Source: Zancudomyces culisetae HAW-14-8 (taxonomy: Eukaryota; Fungi; Kickxellomycota). Taken from it: a stretch of DNA of 64,000 nt. Position numbers and translations under genes: made by a program. The notes under the pieces are model-generated. The model saw nothing but the letters and a program-made list of their open reading frames with translations. It did no database searches and had not been told where the DNA came from. Positions within the stretch are counted from its first letter, which is position 1, and each line of letters begins with the position of its first letter. The stretch lies in NCBI GenBank assembly GCA_052426225.1, contig JBNJNM010000011.1:124001-188000 (forward strand), read 5' to 3'. This document shows, one piece after another, positions 13,682 to 26,600 of the stretch.

Positions 13682-15361
13682 TGCGAGCTTTCTATATTAT
13701 ATTCGCTTTTACTCTATCTATAAACCTCTTGTCCTCTAATCTTGGCTCCTGAAATCAGTATTATACGTGTAGCTAGGTATTGTACGATGTTTATACTTTT
13801 GAATACATAACCATTCCTTTTAAAGGTTCAAGGGGGGTCTCCGTTACTGGTTTGCATTTATTTAAATATGTATTTCTGGTATCGTGCACTGATAAAAAAA
13901 AATAATAATAAAACATTAATTTGCAATAACCAAACAAATTGCCGGAAAATGTGCATTAAGAAATAAAACATGAAACGTGAAACTTGGATGTTAATAAAGG
14001 AATTTGCTTTAATCTCACAATTTTTTATTTTTGGCCTTGGTTAGAAATAAATCAATGAAAGGAGAATTTCACATGTTTTTCAATTAGAGTTATGATGAGG
14101 TTGGTCACAACATGTTGAGTATATAAATATATCAAATGTCAATACACTTTGGTCATCCGCAAGCATTGGATGCACCTTATTCTGAAAAATAAACGGTAAG
14201 AAAGGATTTCAAAAATTCGATGGTAATCAGGTGGTGGGTAAATGCAGTATATTCGATTAACAAATAGCGGGAAATTTGGGCTAATATTGATTATTTCAAA
14301 CAACTTGATCAATTTTGTTGTATTGCATCCCAAGTTGATTCTTGTGTGCACCATCAGGATCAAACTGTGAGGTCTCTATTTTTTGTTTTTGTTCTCTTGG
14401 TCTCCACGTCTTCGGCCAAGTTAGTAATGAATACAATGCCTCCACTGGGACCTGAAAGTGCTCTAATACAAATGGTAGCCAGTAAACAACACCCAATAAA
14501 GAGGTAATATCGCTATATTAAAAAAAGGGTAATAACTCGACACATTTTATCAAAGGTGTAGAAAACCAAAATAAACCTATATTTGGGTTTAAACAAACAT
14601 CAAGAATAAACGGAAAACAAACCCTGACCAATGTAGTGGAACTTTGAAAACAAATATGATCTTCTATTTGCCACGAATACACGTGTTACTGCATCCTGCC
14701 TTTGTTTCCGTTTTTTTTTATTTGGCTTAAAAAGTTTATTAACAACTATTGGAGCAGTGCAGTAAAGAAAGTAAAGAAAAAAACTTTTTTTTTAATTACC
14801 TTTAAATCACTCCATTTAGAAAGCAGAAAGGAATACAACTTTAGTAAACAAAATAAGATAATGGGTGCTATTTGGTTTATTTACTATTCGCTAGTTTGTT
14901 AGCTTAGTGTCCATTATCCCATATCCATCAGGCAAAGAAAGAAATAAAAACGTTTTTATAATTATAAAGCAGTATACACCAGTACAACTAGTATTTTTCC
15001 ATTATTTCTTTGATTGCACGAATTACCGAAACCAAAGCTTATGAGGGCACGAGTAAAATCAAAAATGGGCTGAGAATCACATAGACATATTGTTTGATCG
15101 GCCGTTGTCATAGAGTAGAGATTGTTTGAGAACATTAAAAAGTCAGAGCTAGAATAATATTAGAATTACAGCACAAGAACATTTGCTTTGCTTTAGGCGG
15201 ACATAACCTTGTTCGCTCAAGAATGAAATAATAGAATATCCGTGTTACAACGTAGAAAACTAATTAGTATTATCGACAAAACTAAACAAGACAAAGAACA
15301 GAACAGAAAAGGGTTTAAATCAAAAAAACAGAAAAAAACAAAACAAAAAAAGGGAGCAAAA

Positions 15362-17005
15362 ATGTCAAATAATCCGCTAGATAAAGCATTTTCGCTGAAC
15401 TTTGATATGGAAGGGAGGTTAGTACAGCTTGGAAACATTGAAGAACCAGGTACCCAAGAGGATGGTAGTGTCAGCGAATATGGCAGAAATCGGCCAATTG
15501 GCGAGAAACAGGAGGAACTTCTCAAAAGCATGGCGGCCATCAGGAAAGCAGAGCAACCACGCAGAAAGGATTACAGCCTGCAAATAGCTCGAGCAAAATG
15601 CATTGCTAGAAGGCAGACAGAAGGAGTTGGTCATCAGCAGGTTCGAAAACGGGAGAGTTCGATGTCTAGCAGCAAAGGAAAGAGACATAGTTTCTTCAAG
15701 ATGTTCAGTGAAGCTGAAGATATAGAATCCGTGGACGAAATGGAGAAAAAACATCGATACATGTTTTATTCAAAGACAACGGGGCTGCTGTATGGAGATT
15801 CGATAGCTGATTTTCAAGGGCTTGGTTTGACATTGGCGGATTTGATTGAGGGAGTAGAGAACAAACAGACAGTGGAACAGATACAGGCAAGCAAACATGA
15901 TATAAGGCATCAGCTGGAAGAAGAGAAGGCGAGCAAAGAAAAAGGAAGTAGTGAGGAAGGCGAACAGGTGTTTTGGCTGGAAGTAACGGATGTTACGGAA
16001 GAGGAAATGAATGTACTGGCCGAAATATTCTACATTCATCCACTGACAGCCGAGGATATTTGCTCGTATGAAACAGCCCACGATAAAGTTGACAACTATA
16101 ATGGGGAATACATTTTTGTAACGTTCAACTCGATAGCAAGTGGAACTTCAGGAGTGAAGGAGGGAGGAGTATTAGAAAGCGCACCATACTTTTTGCTGCT
16201 TAAACGTGGGTGTGTGTTGACGTTTAGGCAAGGTGCGTCTATTTATACATATGTGGAAAATGTGGTTGAGCGGACAAAACCGCTGGAGTGGATTAGTTCA
16301 GATTATATCGGATACTGTCTGCTTGATGAAATTACCGACGATTTTGGGCCAATTTGTCAGATGATTGAGTTGGAGGTCGATACCATTGACGAGCTAGTAC
16401 TGCTGTTGTCACACAAGGAACATCGCGATATGTTGTTGCGCCTTGGAGCAGCACGGCGCAAGATTCTTACACTGTTCAGATTGTTGCAGGGCAAGCCTAC
16501 GGTGATTAAGGCATTGATTAAGGAGTTGGAGAAACGTAATGAGATGGTACTTTACACACCATATGTTGGAGGATCACCTGAGAGTCGTGGTAGTATCAAT
16601 AGCGGTAGCGATTATGTGGCAACTGCAATTAACCAGCGACGCGAGTTGATATGGTCATATTCGGATGTGTCCGATCACGTGCTTTACTTTCTCAATGTAT
16701 GCTCGCAGTGCGAGGTTGTGCTAGCGCGTACACATTCGAACCATATGAGTAAAATTTCGCTAGAACTGGCAACAAATTCTGCAGGTTTGAGTCGGTTGGC
16801 CAACAATTTGACGGTAGTTGGTGTGGTTTTGCTGCCGTTTATAGTGGTGAGTGGGTTATTTGGAATGAACGTACATGTTCCGGGGCAGACCCAAGGGGGT
16901 GAGGGTGAAAGTTTGGTGTGGTTCTTTTCAATTATTGGATTTTGTTTCTTGGTGGTTTTGACTTCTGGTTTCGTTTACTTTAGAACTACTCGCAAAATCA
17001 AATAA
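15362..17005 (+). CDS. CorA-family Mg2+ transporter (Alr1/Mnr2-like)
   Basis: First ATG in frame is at 15362. FWLEV...IHPLTAEDI motif, two C-terminal TM helices with GLFGMNVHVPG (GMN motif). Confidence 0.92.
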   Translation: MSNNPLDKAFSLNFDMEGRLVQLGNIEEPGTQEDGSVSEYGRNRPIGEKQEELLKSMAAIRKAEQPRRKDYSLQIARAKCIARRQTEGVGHQQVRKRESSMSSSKGKRHSFFKMFSEAEDIESVDEMEKKHRYMFYSKTTGLLYGDSIADFQGLGLTLADLIEGVENKQTVEQIQASKHDIRHQLEEEKASKEKGSSEEGEQVFWLEVTDVTEEEMNVLAEIFYIHPLTAEDICSYETAHDKVDNYNGEYIFVTFNSIASGTSGVKEGGVLESAPYFLLLKRGCVLTFRQGASIYTYVENVVERTKPLEWISSDYIGYCLLDEITDDFGPICQMIELEVDTIDELVLLLSHKEHRDMLLRLGAARRKILTLFRLLQGKPTVIKALIKELEKRNEMVLYTPYVGGSPESRGSINSGSDYVATAINQRRELIWSYSDVSDHVLYFLNVCSQCEVVLARTHSNHMSKISLELATNSAGLSRLANNLTVVGVVLLPFIVVSGLFGMNVHVPGQTQGGEGESLVWFFSIIGFCFLVVLTSGFVYFRTTRKIK

Positions 17006-17840
17006 CTTGAAGGAAGTGTAGCCGGATCTGATTAATTCTTTTTTTAAAATTTTTTTTGTTATAGTTGTAGACAAAGAAATTAAAACAAAGTAAAGTAAAG
17101 TAAAGGATTTTTCGTGTTATAATAACGGCTATACAGAAAAAAAAGGGGGGGCTGTAAACACAAACACACACTAAAAAGAAGGTACCAGAAATGTTAAACA
17201 ATACCATCTCCCCTTTTCCTATTTCTCCTTTCTTCTTTCTTTTTCCCTCGACCTGATTTCTAATACACTATTTACAACAACTGCTCCATTACAAATAGAT
17301 ACAAATAAAAAATAAAAACATTAAAGTATGAGCACATCTGTACTTGAAATTCCTTATTTTCAAAAAAACTGATTAGTAATCTAAAAATATTCAATATTTG
17401 CAAATAAAAAATTAAAAAATTAAAAAATTAAAATAAAAGCCCTATTAATCAGAATTTCACATTTAGTTACGCTTTGCTAGTATTTCATTCTATTTGATTT
17501 ACTCTGTTTTGGACAAAAATAAACTTTAAAAAAAAAATAATAAAATAAAATAAAAAATAAAGGTAAAATGAGTCGAAACAATTTTGATTAGCCGATATTT
17601 GTATTAGATTCTCTAGACTCATTAAAATAATTATGCAATGAAAAAAATATGCATATGTGTACATTGCGATATACTTTATTTTTTTTTATTTCGCCTTTTT
17701 AGCTTTAACCTTTTTTTTTAGATATCGAAACATATATATATATATATATATATATAAAGTAATACTCTGGCAAAAAAATATACTTATTTGTATAACAGAA
17801 AGAAAGAAACAAAAAAAATCTTGTTAATAAAAAAAAAAGA

Positions 17841-19559
17841 ATGGACGAAATCAAACGGTTGGCCTACTTGTACCTCACAGCAAACGGGGTGTTAATGAAA
17901 CGACCATTTGATCCTCCAAGAAATGACCCAGCCTTACCCACACACTACATAACAACAGCACCAGTTTCACTCGTTCCAGGAAGGTTCGATAAAGCAGCTT
18001 ACGAACGGGCAGTTGCGGTACAGCCATACTACAACCGCGTGTATAATGCGATCGGTAACGCTCCCGAGTTTTTGCGGTGGGTGGTGGAGGAGTTGTTGGA
18101 CGGCTCCGATCCGTTTATTACCAACCTGTATGCTATTTATGTTGCTGATATGGCGGAGTATGGACGTGAACGGATTCAGCTGAACTTGAACCGGTCGGAC
18201 TACTTGGAACACATCAACAATACTAATATCAATACTACTACCGATGCTGGTGGTAATACCAATTGTGGCGGGTACGAGTTGAAACAAGTTGAGTTTAATA
18301 CAGTTTCGGTGTCATTTGCATCGTTTGCGCAACAGGTCAGTGAAATGCACCGATTTTTGGTACAACAGATGGCTGGGACGCCATTTTATACCGACTACTT
18401 TGGGCAAATAAAAATAGACCCCGAACAAATGCCCGACAACTCCAAGGTCATAGCCACAATTGCAGAAGGACTATTCAAAGCCGCTACATTATATTCACAA
18501 GAATACTGTGGGGTTACACATGAAAACACCAATACCAATACCGCCATCTTGTTGGTAGAGCAGGAAAATGAGCACAATGTATTTGATCAACAACTTCTAG
18601 AAATTACACTGTGGCGTTTGTATGGGGTCAAGACGTACCGTAAGAACTTGATGCAGATCCATGAAGCTCTTCAATTGCCTATTAACCGTGACCAACTGAA
18701 AGATGTCGTTGATGATGGTATTTGTGACAGTGAGAAACAACAAAAGCCTCGAAGACGACTATTTATAGAAAACACCGAAATTTCAGTAGTGTATTTCCGG
18801 AGCTGCTATACACCCAAAGACTTTATAATAAACAACAGCGGAGACGGTGAAGATTGGAATCAAAAATGGCAAGTTCGAAAGGAACTAGAACATCGATTAG
18901 CTACAAAAGTACCAAATGTTGGATATCAATTGGCGGGTATGAAAAAAGTCCAACAAATCCTTACACAACCAGGAATTTTGACACGGTTTTTGGGTGATGA
19001 TCAACAAGCGCTTAACCTTATTGAATCTACATTTATGCGCATGTATTCCTTTGATTCCGATCCACAACAAGTTCTTGATACACATATCTTTACTTCTAAT
19101 AAAGACGGTGCTGAAAATAATGTTCCATTTGTCTTGAAACCTCAGCGTGAAGGTGGTGGAGGATTCAATATTTATGGTAAAGATATTGAAAAGTTTGTAG
19201 CCAAATATCGTCAACAAAACAGTGATAGACAGGATGAATTGTACCATGTTCTCAAGGGCTACATATTGATGGAGCTCATTAACGTACCCAAACACGATAA
19301 ATCATCAATATTTTTTGATAAGGACAATCGTGCAATTGTGGTGGACCACGATAGTATAAGCGAACTGGGAATCTTTGGCGTCTATCTCAGTATTGAGGAC
19401 GGCAATGATACCGATAATGGTAAATCTACACCATTTCAACAACAGTCTGTGGTAATTAACAAAGTAGCAGGGCATTTACTTCGCTCAAAATCATCAAACG
19501 AAAACGAAGGTGGAGTAGCTGCAGGATTTGCAGTCTTGGATAGTCCTATATTATTTTGA
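17841..19559 (+). CDS. GSH2: Eukaryotic glutathione synthetase
   Basis: RSDY, LKQVEFNTVSVSF, NVFDQ, VVYFRSCYTP, QLAGMKKVQQ, FVLKPQREGGG, SELGIFG and EGGVAAGFAVLDS motifs; intronless. Confidence 0.95.
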   Translation: MDEIKRLAYLYLTANGVLMKRPFDPPRNDPALPTHYITTAPVSLVPGRFDKAAYERAVAVQPYYNRVYNAIGNAPEFLRWVVEELLDGSDPFITNLYAIYVADMAEYGRERIQLNLNRSDYLEHINNTNINTTTDAGGNTNCGGYELKQVEFNTVSVSFASFAQQVSEMHRFLVQQMAGTPFYTDYFGQIKIDPEQMPDNSKVIATIAEGLFKAATLYSQEYCGVTHENTNTNTAILLVEQENEHNVFDQQLLEITLWRLYGVKTYRKNLMQIHEALQLPINRDQLKDVVDDGICDSEKQQKPRRRLFIENTEISVVYFRSCYTPKDFIINNSGDGEDWNQKWQVRKELEHRLATKVPNVGYQLAGMKKVQQILTQPGILTRFLGDDQQALNLIESTFMRMYSFDSDPQQVLDTHIFTSNKDGAENNVPFVLKPQREGGGGFNIYGKDIEKFVAKYRQQNSDRQDELYHVLKGYILMELINVPKHDKSSIFFDKDNRAIVVDHDSISELGIFGVYLSIEDGNDTDNGKSTPFQQQSVVINKVAGHLLRSKSSNENEGGVAAGFAVLDSPILF

Positions 19560-19774
19560 ACCCACTTTTTATTCTTCACTTCCACCACCACCACCACTTT
19601 ATTACACCACTACCTCCTCCTCCCCCCCCCTTTCTAATGCTCTTCTCTCTTTTCATTAATAATTATAAAAAGTTTATTACTAAAATATCATTTGGTTTAA
19701 ATAAAATAAAATAAGATAATATATATAAAAACTGATCTTATCATTAAAAATAATAAAAAATTAATTATATGATT

Positions 19775-22700
19775 TTAATTCGATAAAGTACGTTGTAGAG
19801 TAGATAGCATGATTGAAATATTATTTCCCTTAGTACCACTGTTATTATCTTGATCAATCAAATTCAAAGGTATACCATTAGTATTGCTAGCATTGCTGTT
19901 GTTTGTACGTGATGCATCAGATGAGTCTATGACACGATCATCATTACTAAGGTTACTACTGACGCTGGAATCTAAATTTACACTATCAGAACCATTTCCT
20001 CCACTGTTACCGGCAATAGTATTATTGTAATTATTATTATTACTATTATTAAAAGTAGCAGAAATAGGAGTGGATGAAGCGGTAACAAGAGTTGGATCCA
20101 AGCTCATCACCAATTTGGTAAAAGCACTCAGCTTGGCTTGGGAATCAAGTAATTCCCGCTCTTTAATAGCCAATAGGAATTCCACTTCTCGACGCTTCTC
20201 ATCAGCATCGCGATGTAGCTGCTTAAGATGCATGATTTCATCACGTGAATTGGACCATTGAGTTTGCATAGCAAGGAAATCCTGGTAAAAGGAAGAGGTC
20301 TGTAAAGATTGATCTTCAGTAAGTGAATTCGTGGTATGGGAAGATAAAAGTCTTTGGTTTTCAAGCCTAAGATGTTTGAGTTGGTGTTCAGTTTCTATTA
20401 AAGAATTGTTGGCCTCGAGCAATTTGATATTCAAGTTGGAGGTCATTGATCGTTCAGCTTCAAGGTCAGTAGTAAGCTGAACGATCTGGGCTTGCAATGA
20501 CAGGTTTTCTTGATTGGTCTTATCAATAAGTGCTTGTAAGTTGTCTGCGCGGGAATTCGATGCCGAAGCAGTACGAAGAGCATTTTCAAGATCCAACATG
20601 CGACGAGATTCAGCAGAACGAAGCAAATCAAGTTCTACTTTGAGTGAATTATTTTGATCAAGATTTTGATTTTGATTTTGATTTTGATTTTGACTTTGAT
20701 TTTGATGATGATGTTGTTGTTGTTGTTGTGATTCAGAGTAGAGTAGTTGGAGGTTTCGTAGTTGAACTCTGGTAGCATCAGAATCAGCACGATATTCAGC
20801 CAGTCTTTCTTGAGCCTGTTTTAAAGCAAGAGTTGATTCAATCATTTGGTTACGCAAAGCATCGTTTTCATTGATGGTATTAGCCAGTCGACGTTCGAGC
20901 TCGGTTATGCGTTGGCTGTTAACTTTAGCCAACATGTCGATATTGACAGACGCAAGTGCTGTTGATTTGGTCTTGAGATATATTGCCTCCTGTAACGCAG
21001 CCCGTCGACCACGCTCGGCCTCGTCAATACGTTCTATTGAAGTGCGAAGTGAATGAGAGAACTGTTGCTTAGTGCTTTCCAACTCGCGGCGCAATTGTAA
21101 TACCAGCTCGGCCAACTTTGCCACTTGTGGTTGTGCTGGAGCTGATAATGTATACTTAGACTCTAATTGCCCCCATACATCTGTTGCTTTTATCAACCCT
21201 GCCATATCAGAACTGAGGCCAAGGCTATCTATTACTATTCCTCTTTCTACTGCCGTCGAAGTTGTTGCTGCTTCTGTTGTCGTGGGTGTTGTTGTTGTTG
21301 CTGTTGTTGTTGTTGTTGCTGTTGCTGTTGTTGTTGTTGTTGTTGCTGGTGGTGGCGATGTTATTGGTGGTGGCGATGTTATTAGTGGCGGAGTTGTTGA
21401 TGCTGATGTTGTTGGCGTAGGAGTTGTTGGCGTAGAAATTGGTGTATCAAAATCTAAACGTTGTTTACGCTCAACTATTTGCACCTGTCGAACCTCTTCA
21501 TCCTCATCTTCGACATTGTCATTACCACTCACTCTTCGCACTTGATCCAGTCCTTCTACTCCCTCTTCTACCCCTCTTTCTTCTACCCCTTCTTCTTCTT
21601 CTCCTCCTTCCTCCTCTTCTTCTGGTTTACTATCAATAACAGATACTCGATTACGTAGTTGGATTGTTAGTCGTTTGTCATTTTCAGGGAAATTGCGAGA
21701 TAGTCGGAATACTCGTTTGTCTCTTCCTCTCTCCTCCTTTACCGGTTCTTTCTTCTTTTCTTCTTCTGTTACTTGTTCCACTATACTTTGTCTTTCTTTT
21801 ACCGCAGTTTCTTTAGTTTCTTCTTCTTCTTCCTCCTCCTCCTCCTCCTCTTCATCTTTTGATTGTACTTTTATTGGCTTTGGCTTTGGCTTTGAGTTTA
21901 GTTTTAGCTTTTCTTCCGTCTTTTCCTCAACCCTCTCCTCCATCGTTTCATCCATCCTTTCCCTTATCTTTTCTTCTATCTTTTGTTCCATCTTTTCTTC
22001 AACCTTTTCTTCCTTCTTTTCTTCCATATTTTCATTTCCATTTCCATTTTCATTTCCATTTCCATTTTCTTCTATTTCCCTTGTATCTTCTTGTTTTTGT
22101 TTTTGCTTTTGCTTTATCTGCTCAATAATTTGCTTTTGACGCTGATCAGCAATATTAGCTAGACTCTGTGGTGATTGTGATCGTGGTTGTGGTGGTGTCG
22201 GAGAATGTATCTGAATTTGCACTCGTGCAGCAGATTGTATTGGTGAACTAACAGGAACTGGACTTGTTGCAGAAACCGATTCAGTTCTTTTACCATCTGC
22301 CATGATTTTGATTTTCTGAGTATCCAACACATGTACAATACTGTCATCTGCACTAGGTGCTGCATTTCCTGAAAACAATATCATTCGCCCTCGTACAATC
22401 GCCAATACAGGATCAATACGATGCGGCCATCTTGAGTGTTGCACCGGAAATGTATACCATCGCTGCGTACTAATCTTAAACGCAAAGAAATCCATCAATG
22501 GCTCCCCGCTCATCGTACGCCCACCCATAATAAAGATACAGTCATCAACCACAGCCGATCCATGACCATATCGAGCCGGCGGTGTTGCTCCCTTTAGCAC
22601 TAGTTGCTCCCACTTTTGATCCTCTATACTAAACATCCACAAATCATTATAGCATACCTCTCCATTCATCCCTCCAAACACATACAACTTGTTTTGATAC

Positions 22701-23632
22701 ACACTACATGAATGTCCTGCTCGCCCTGGAATAAACTGTTGCTCTCCAATAAACGTCCATCGTGGTCCTTCTGTCGCCGCAACCCTTACATCAAATACTG
22801 CTAGATCTGCCATATAATACCCATCCACCGTCCCCCCAAATATATACAAACTTGATCCTACTGATACCGCTGTATGGCCCTTACGTCCCACCAACGAACT
22901 GCCATTTCCCATCGGCACTCGATACCACATCTCATTCCCAACATTGTACGCGTACAAATGCTCCTCACACCCTCCATCCTCCATCTCTCCCCCAAATACA
23001 AACATCGTCCGTCCAATAAACGCTGCTGCATGTCCCTCACGTGGTCCTGGACACACTCCTTTGCTTTCCACCTCAACTGCCTCCATCTTTCCTGCATCTA
23101 GCCGCACCAGATCGTTCCGCAACTCTCCCCCCGCTCTACCTCCAAATAAATACACATCCCCCGAATGCAGTGCCCATGACAGCCCTCGTCGCGGAAATAA
23201 TTTGTATCCCTCTACTCGCTTATCACTCCATATACTCCCACCGCTCTTCTGTCCTGCCGCACTTGTTATTGATGACCTTTCTAAACTCTCGCCCCCAAAT
23301 GTCCCTCTTCTAGTTGTCCTTTGTTTATACGGATTATTAGATATCCCACTGAAACTAGTACTCCCTCCAATTTCTCCCATCCTCATTCCCATCGCCCCGT
23401 TACTTCCTCCTCCAACCCCACTAATCATGCTGAGTCCACTGCTCCCACTACCCATACTATCCTTACTTCCTCCCCCTACCCCTCCCTCTCGTCTTAATCC
23501 ATTCCTTTCCTCTATAAATCCCGTAGTCGATTTATGACGCCTTTCTCTATCCTTTTCTACCTTGTTTTTTTTCTCTCCCGCCTCCATCTCGCTCTTTTTT
23601 GCTGTTCCCGATTTCCCAAATAAACTCGGCAT
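19775..23632 (-). CDS. Kelch-repeat cell-polarity protein with C-terminal coiled coil (Kel1/Tea1-like)
   Basis: About six kelch repeats (YLFGG, PREGHAA, FVFGG, RKGHTA, YIFGG, RAGHSC, YVFGG, RYGHGS), a Glu/Thr-rich linker and a long heptad-rich region including RRAALQEAIYLKTK. Confidence 0.85.
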   Translation of the reverse strand: MPSLFGKSGTAKKSEMEAGEKKNKVEKDRERRHKSTTGFIEERNGLRREGGVGGGSKDSMGSGSSGLSMISGVGGGSNGAMGMRMGEIGGSTSFSGISNNPYKQRTTRRGTFGGESLERSSITSAAGQKSGGSIWSDKRVEGYKLFPRRGLSWALHSGDVYLFGGRAGGELRNDLVRLDAGKMEAVEVESKGVCPGPREGHAAAFIGRTMFVFGGEMEDGGCEEHLYAYNVGNEMWYRVPMGNGSSLVGRKGHTAVSVGSSLYIFGGTVDGYYMADLAVFDVRVAATEGPRWTFIGEQQFIPGRAGHSCSVYQNKLYVFGGMNGEVCYNDLWMFSIEDQKWEQLVLKGATPPARYGHGSAVVDDCIFIMGGRTMSGEPLMDFFAFKISTQRWYTFPVQHSRWPHRIDPVLAIVRGRMILFSGNAAPSADDSIVHVLDTQKIKIMADGKRTESVSATSPVPVSSPIQSAARVQIQIHSPTPPQPRSQSPQSLANIADQRQKQIIEQIKQKQKQKQEDTREIEENGNGNENGNGNENMEEKKEEKVEEKMEQKIEEKIRERMDETMEERVEEKTEEKLKLNSKPKPKPIKVQSKDEEEEEEEEEEEETKETAVKERQSIVEQVTEEEKKKEPVKEERGRDKRVFRLSRNFPENDKRLTIQLRNRVSVIDSKPEEEEEGGEEEEGVEERGVEEGVEGLDQVRRVSGNDNVEDEDEEVRQVQIVERKQRLDFDTPISTPTTPTPTTSASTTPPLITSPPPITSPPPATTTTTTATATTTTTATTTTPTTTEAATTSTAVERGIVIDSLGLSSDMAGLIKATDVWGQLESKYTLSAPAQPQVAKLAELVLQLRRELESTKQQFSHSLRTSIERIDEAERGRRAALQEAIYLKTKSTALASVNIDMLAKVNSQRITELERRLANTINENDALRNQMIESTLALKQAQERLAEYRADSDATRVQLRNLQLLYSESQQQQQHHHQNQSQNQNQNQNQNLDQNNSLKVELDLLRSAESRRMLDLENALRTASASNSRADNLQALIDKTNQENLSLQAQIVQLTTDLEAERSMTSNLNIKLLEANNSLIETEHQLKHLRLENQRLLSSHTTNSLTEDQSLQTSSFYQDFLAMQTQWSNSRDEIMHLKQLHRDADEKRREVEFLLAIKERELLDSQAKLSAFTKLVMSLDPTLVTASSTPISATFNNSNNNNYNNTIAGNSGGNGSDSVNLDSSVSSNLSNDDRVIDSSDASRTNNSNASNTNGIPLNLIDQDNNSGTKGNNISIMLSTLQRTLSN

Positions 23633-26600
23633 TTTATATACTTGCTTTCTTTATTTTCGCTCGCTCTCCCCTTCTATATCTATGTATCGTTTATAGTTTT
23701 CGCCTCCTCCTTCCCTCTGTTTTAAAATTACAGTTTATCAATGTTGTTTCTTTTTTTGACTTTTCACTCGATTCGTTTCAGTACTTTCCTTTCTAATCCC
23801 CTTCCCTTTCATATCAACTTTCTATATATGTTCTATTTCACTTCTATCCTCCTTTCTTGTTCGCTTTTTTAGTATTCTTTACTTTTCTACTCTTTATTAA
23901 GCTATTTAGTATCCCAATCACCTGCAAAATTTACAAGCCCTGAGCACCTCTCTTTTTTCTTTTCTTTTCCTTTCCTTTTCTTTCCTTTCCTTTCTTTTTA
24001 CTTTGTTCTTGTGTTTTCTCCTTTTTTTTTACACTATCCAAGTATTCCCTTTCGCTCGCCAATATCTTAATTTTTAAGTAGTCTCCTTTTCCCCCTTTGC
24101 GTTTACCGGATTTTTTTCTGTATTAGTTTAATACCCTTGTATCCATATACTTTGCTATAAACGCAACTTTTTTTATTATTTTAACAGTAATTTTATTATT
24201 TTATTCATTTTTTTCCATTGTGTCTCACTTTTTTTTTCTCCTAATGTCTTATTCACTTTTTTTCTGAATTGCCTTTTTACATTACCTTGGTTTTATTTTT
24301 TTTTATTTTTTTTAGATTTTTTTAGATTTTTATTCATCCATTCACTCATTTTTATTCTTTCTCACTCTTATTACATTTTGTGCCACTCTTCATCCTCTCT
24401 CATTATCTTAACTCTATTTTTCCCTTTCTTTGTCTCCTTCTCTCTCTACTCCCTCCACCCCCCTCATCCCCTTCCACTTGTTTTCCTTTTATTTTTCATC
24501 ATTTAACTTGATTTCATCTTTATTTCTAATTTTATTTTTAGTTTTAATTTTGATTTTTAGTTTTTTTTTTTGCTCTTACGTTATTTTTTTCTATTTTTTG
24601 TACATTCATTTTGTTATTTCAAATGTACCACCTAGTTTAAAAGCTCTAATATTTTATAAATTAACTAATGTAGCTATCTCCCTCCCCCACGCTACGATTC
24701 ATTTATACTGCGATTTTATCAATATCAAACTTCGAGTAGAACATGCAATTTGCACTTTTTTTTTCGTTCTTAGTCACAATTTCCCGCCCCCTACTAAATT
24801 AGAATATCTTCCTCTTCATTGTCTGATAACATCCGATTACTCTCTTTCTTTCACCCTATCCTATATTTTATCTTTCTTTCTCACACACATTCTCCCTGCA
24901 TACCTATATTTTTTATTAAAAAATTGCCATCACCAACATGATCACCCCCTTTGTTTTCCTGATGTACATTCTCATTTACCTCTTCCTAACCCCCCCCCCC
25001 CTTACCCATTGCTCTAGTATAAAATCTCTCAACTTGTAAACATTGTACTACACTTTTACTTTTACTTTTTGTTTTTTACTTTTTGCTTTAGATATTTATC
25101 ATTCGTGCGGGATTGTTTGTTTTCAAATATTCCGCACCTGCTTAGCTTGTCATACACACTAATACCAACATTATCTACTTTTTTTTTTTACCCGGCTTTT
25201 GTGCCACTATATACCTTGCCACTCTCCCAATAGACACAACCCTAACACACTCAGGTGGATCAAACCAAGATGCTTTTTTATTTTCTTTTTCGAACCCCCG
25301 CCCTCCTCCTCCTCCCTTCTTGCCTCCTCTTCACCACTGGAATTTCACCAACTACAAAAAAAAATCCCTCCATATGATTTTTTTTTTCTCCATCACTCTT
25401 TCCACCCATTAAATTGATCCACCTTTGTTTCAACCTAAACAAAACTAAAAATATATAACAGGACAAAAAATTATTGATGAGGATATTTTGTACTTTTATC
25501 ATTATATTATTTGATAAACCACTACCATCAATTCGCCCTTATAAATAGAATTGATTTTAGTAATATGCCAAAATCAGCATTTGGAGATTTAAAAAATTAC
25601 CAAGCACTTTGTTTTTTTTTCCCTAGTTTTTTGCAAATTTGATTTCTCATAGTTATTTTTAGAACATTAATTTAACTTTTACAAAGATTCCAACATAAGC
25701 GTGATATTTTTTTTAATGCTCAATTACAATTATTTCTCGTGTAATATCAAACTAAACGATTCTTTATCCTTCACATTTTAATTGTTTCGAACCTTTGAAT
25801 GAATATGCTCAATTGTACCACATTTAGTTCAAATTGCTTTACTATATATAGTTGATCTTTTTTACAACTAGGAATGTTTTCTACACGGAAACTGAAATAT
25901 ATTAATTTTCTTTCAGGCCATTGGCTCAGCTCTTTTTTTGCTAGCTTATAATCGGTTACAATTGCTGGTGCCTACAGCTTTTGACTACTAATCTACGACT
26001 TTGATATTATTTAAAAGATAAATCCTTTGAAATAACTACAATTTCAGCTTTTGAGAATATCGAACTTTATTTCGAGTTGAATTGACTTGACTTGAAATAG
26101 ACAGTATTTTCAGAAATCAAACATACTAATATAGATATGTATGTACTAAAAATTAAATACTAATAAATCTAAATAAAAAAGTGAGACTCGTTTAAATGTT
26201 ATATGCTCAAGACAACCATATGTGGCATTTTGTAGGATAGAAACTCTTGGTTACCTAATGTATTAATTACATTCGATGGCTCTTTGTCGGGTATATACTT
26301 ATCTTTCTGTGCTTAAAAGAATGACTATTGATATTTTTTATTCTTCTAAATTTTAATAAAAGGATTCTTTGATCCAACTTTTACCTGAGGTTTAAACGGC
26401 TATATTTTTTATATTATTTTCCTACTGAGAATACCCCATTTGATGAAAAACTCTGCTTAGGTAAAAACCACTATAAATGTATAGCTAAATAGATAAACTT
26501 TTTACAAAACTTTTAAAAAATACCTTTACACAACACAATAGTTATACATTTTATTTTCCAGACCAATTTAACTCTTACTGATATCATTACAACAAAAAAA

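Noticed and set aside
13700-15240. Short ORFs between PEX1 and the CorA gene
   Set aside because: No recognisable homology or consistent exon chain.
21072-23537. Several 65-197 aa plus-strand ORFs (poly-V, poly-C, poly-S/F)
   Set aside because: Antisense shadows of trinucleotide repeats and skewed codons in the kelch CDS.
24430-25017. 195-aa hydrophobic ORF
   Set aside because: TTG start in a T/C-rich low-complexity tract; the F/L/S/I composition is a by-product of base composition.
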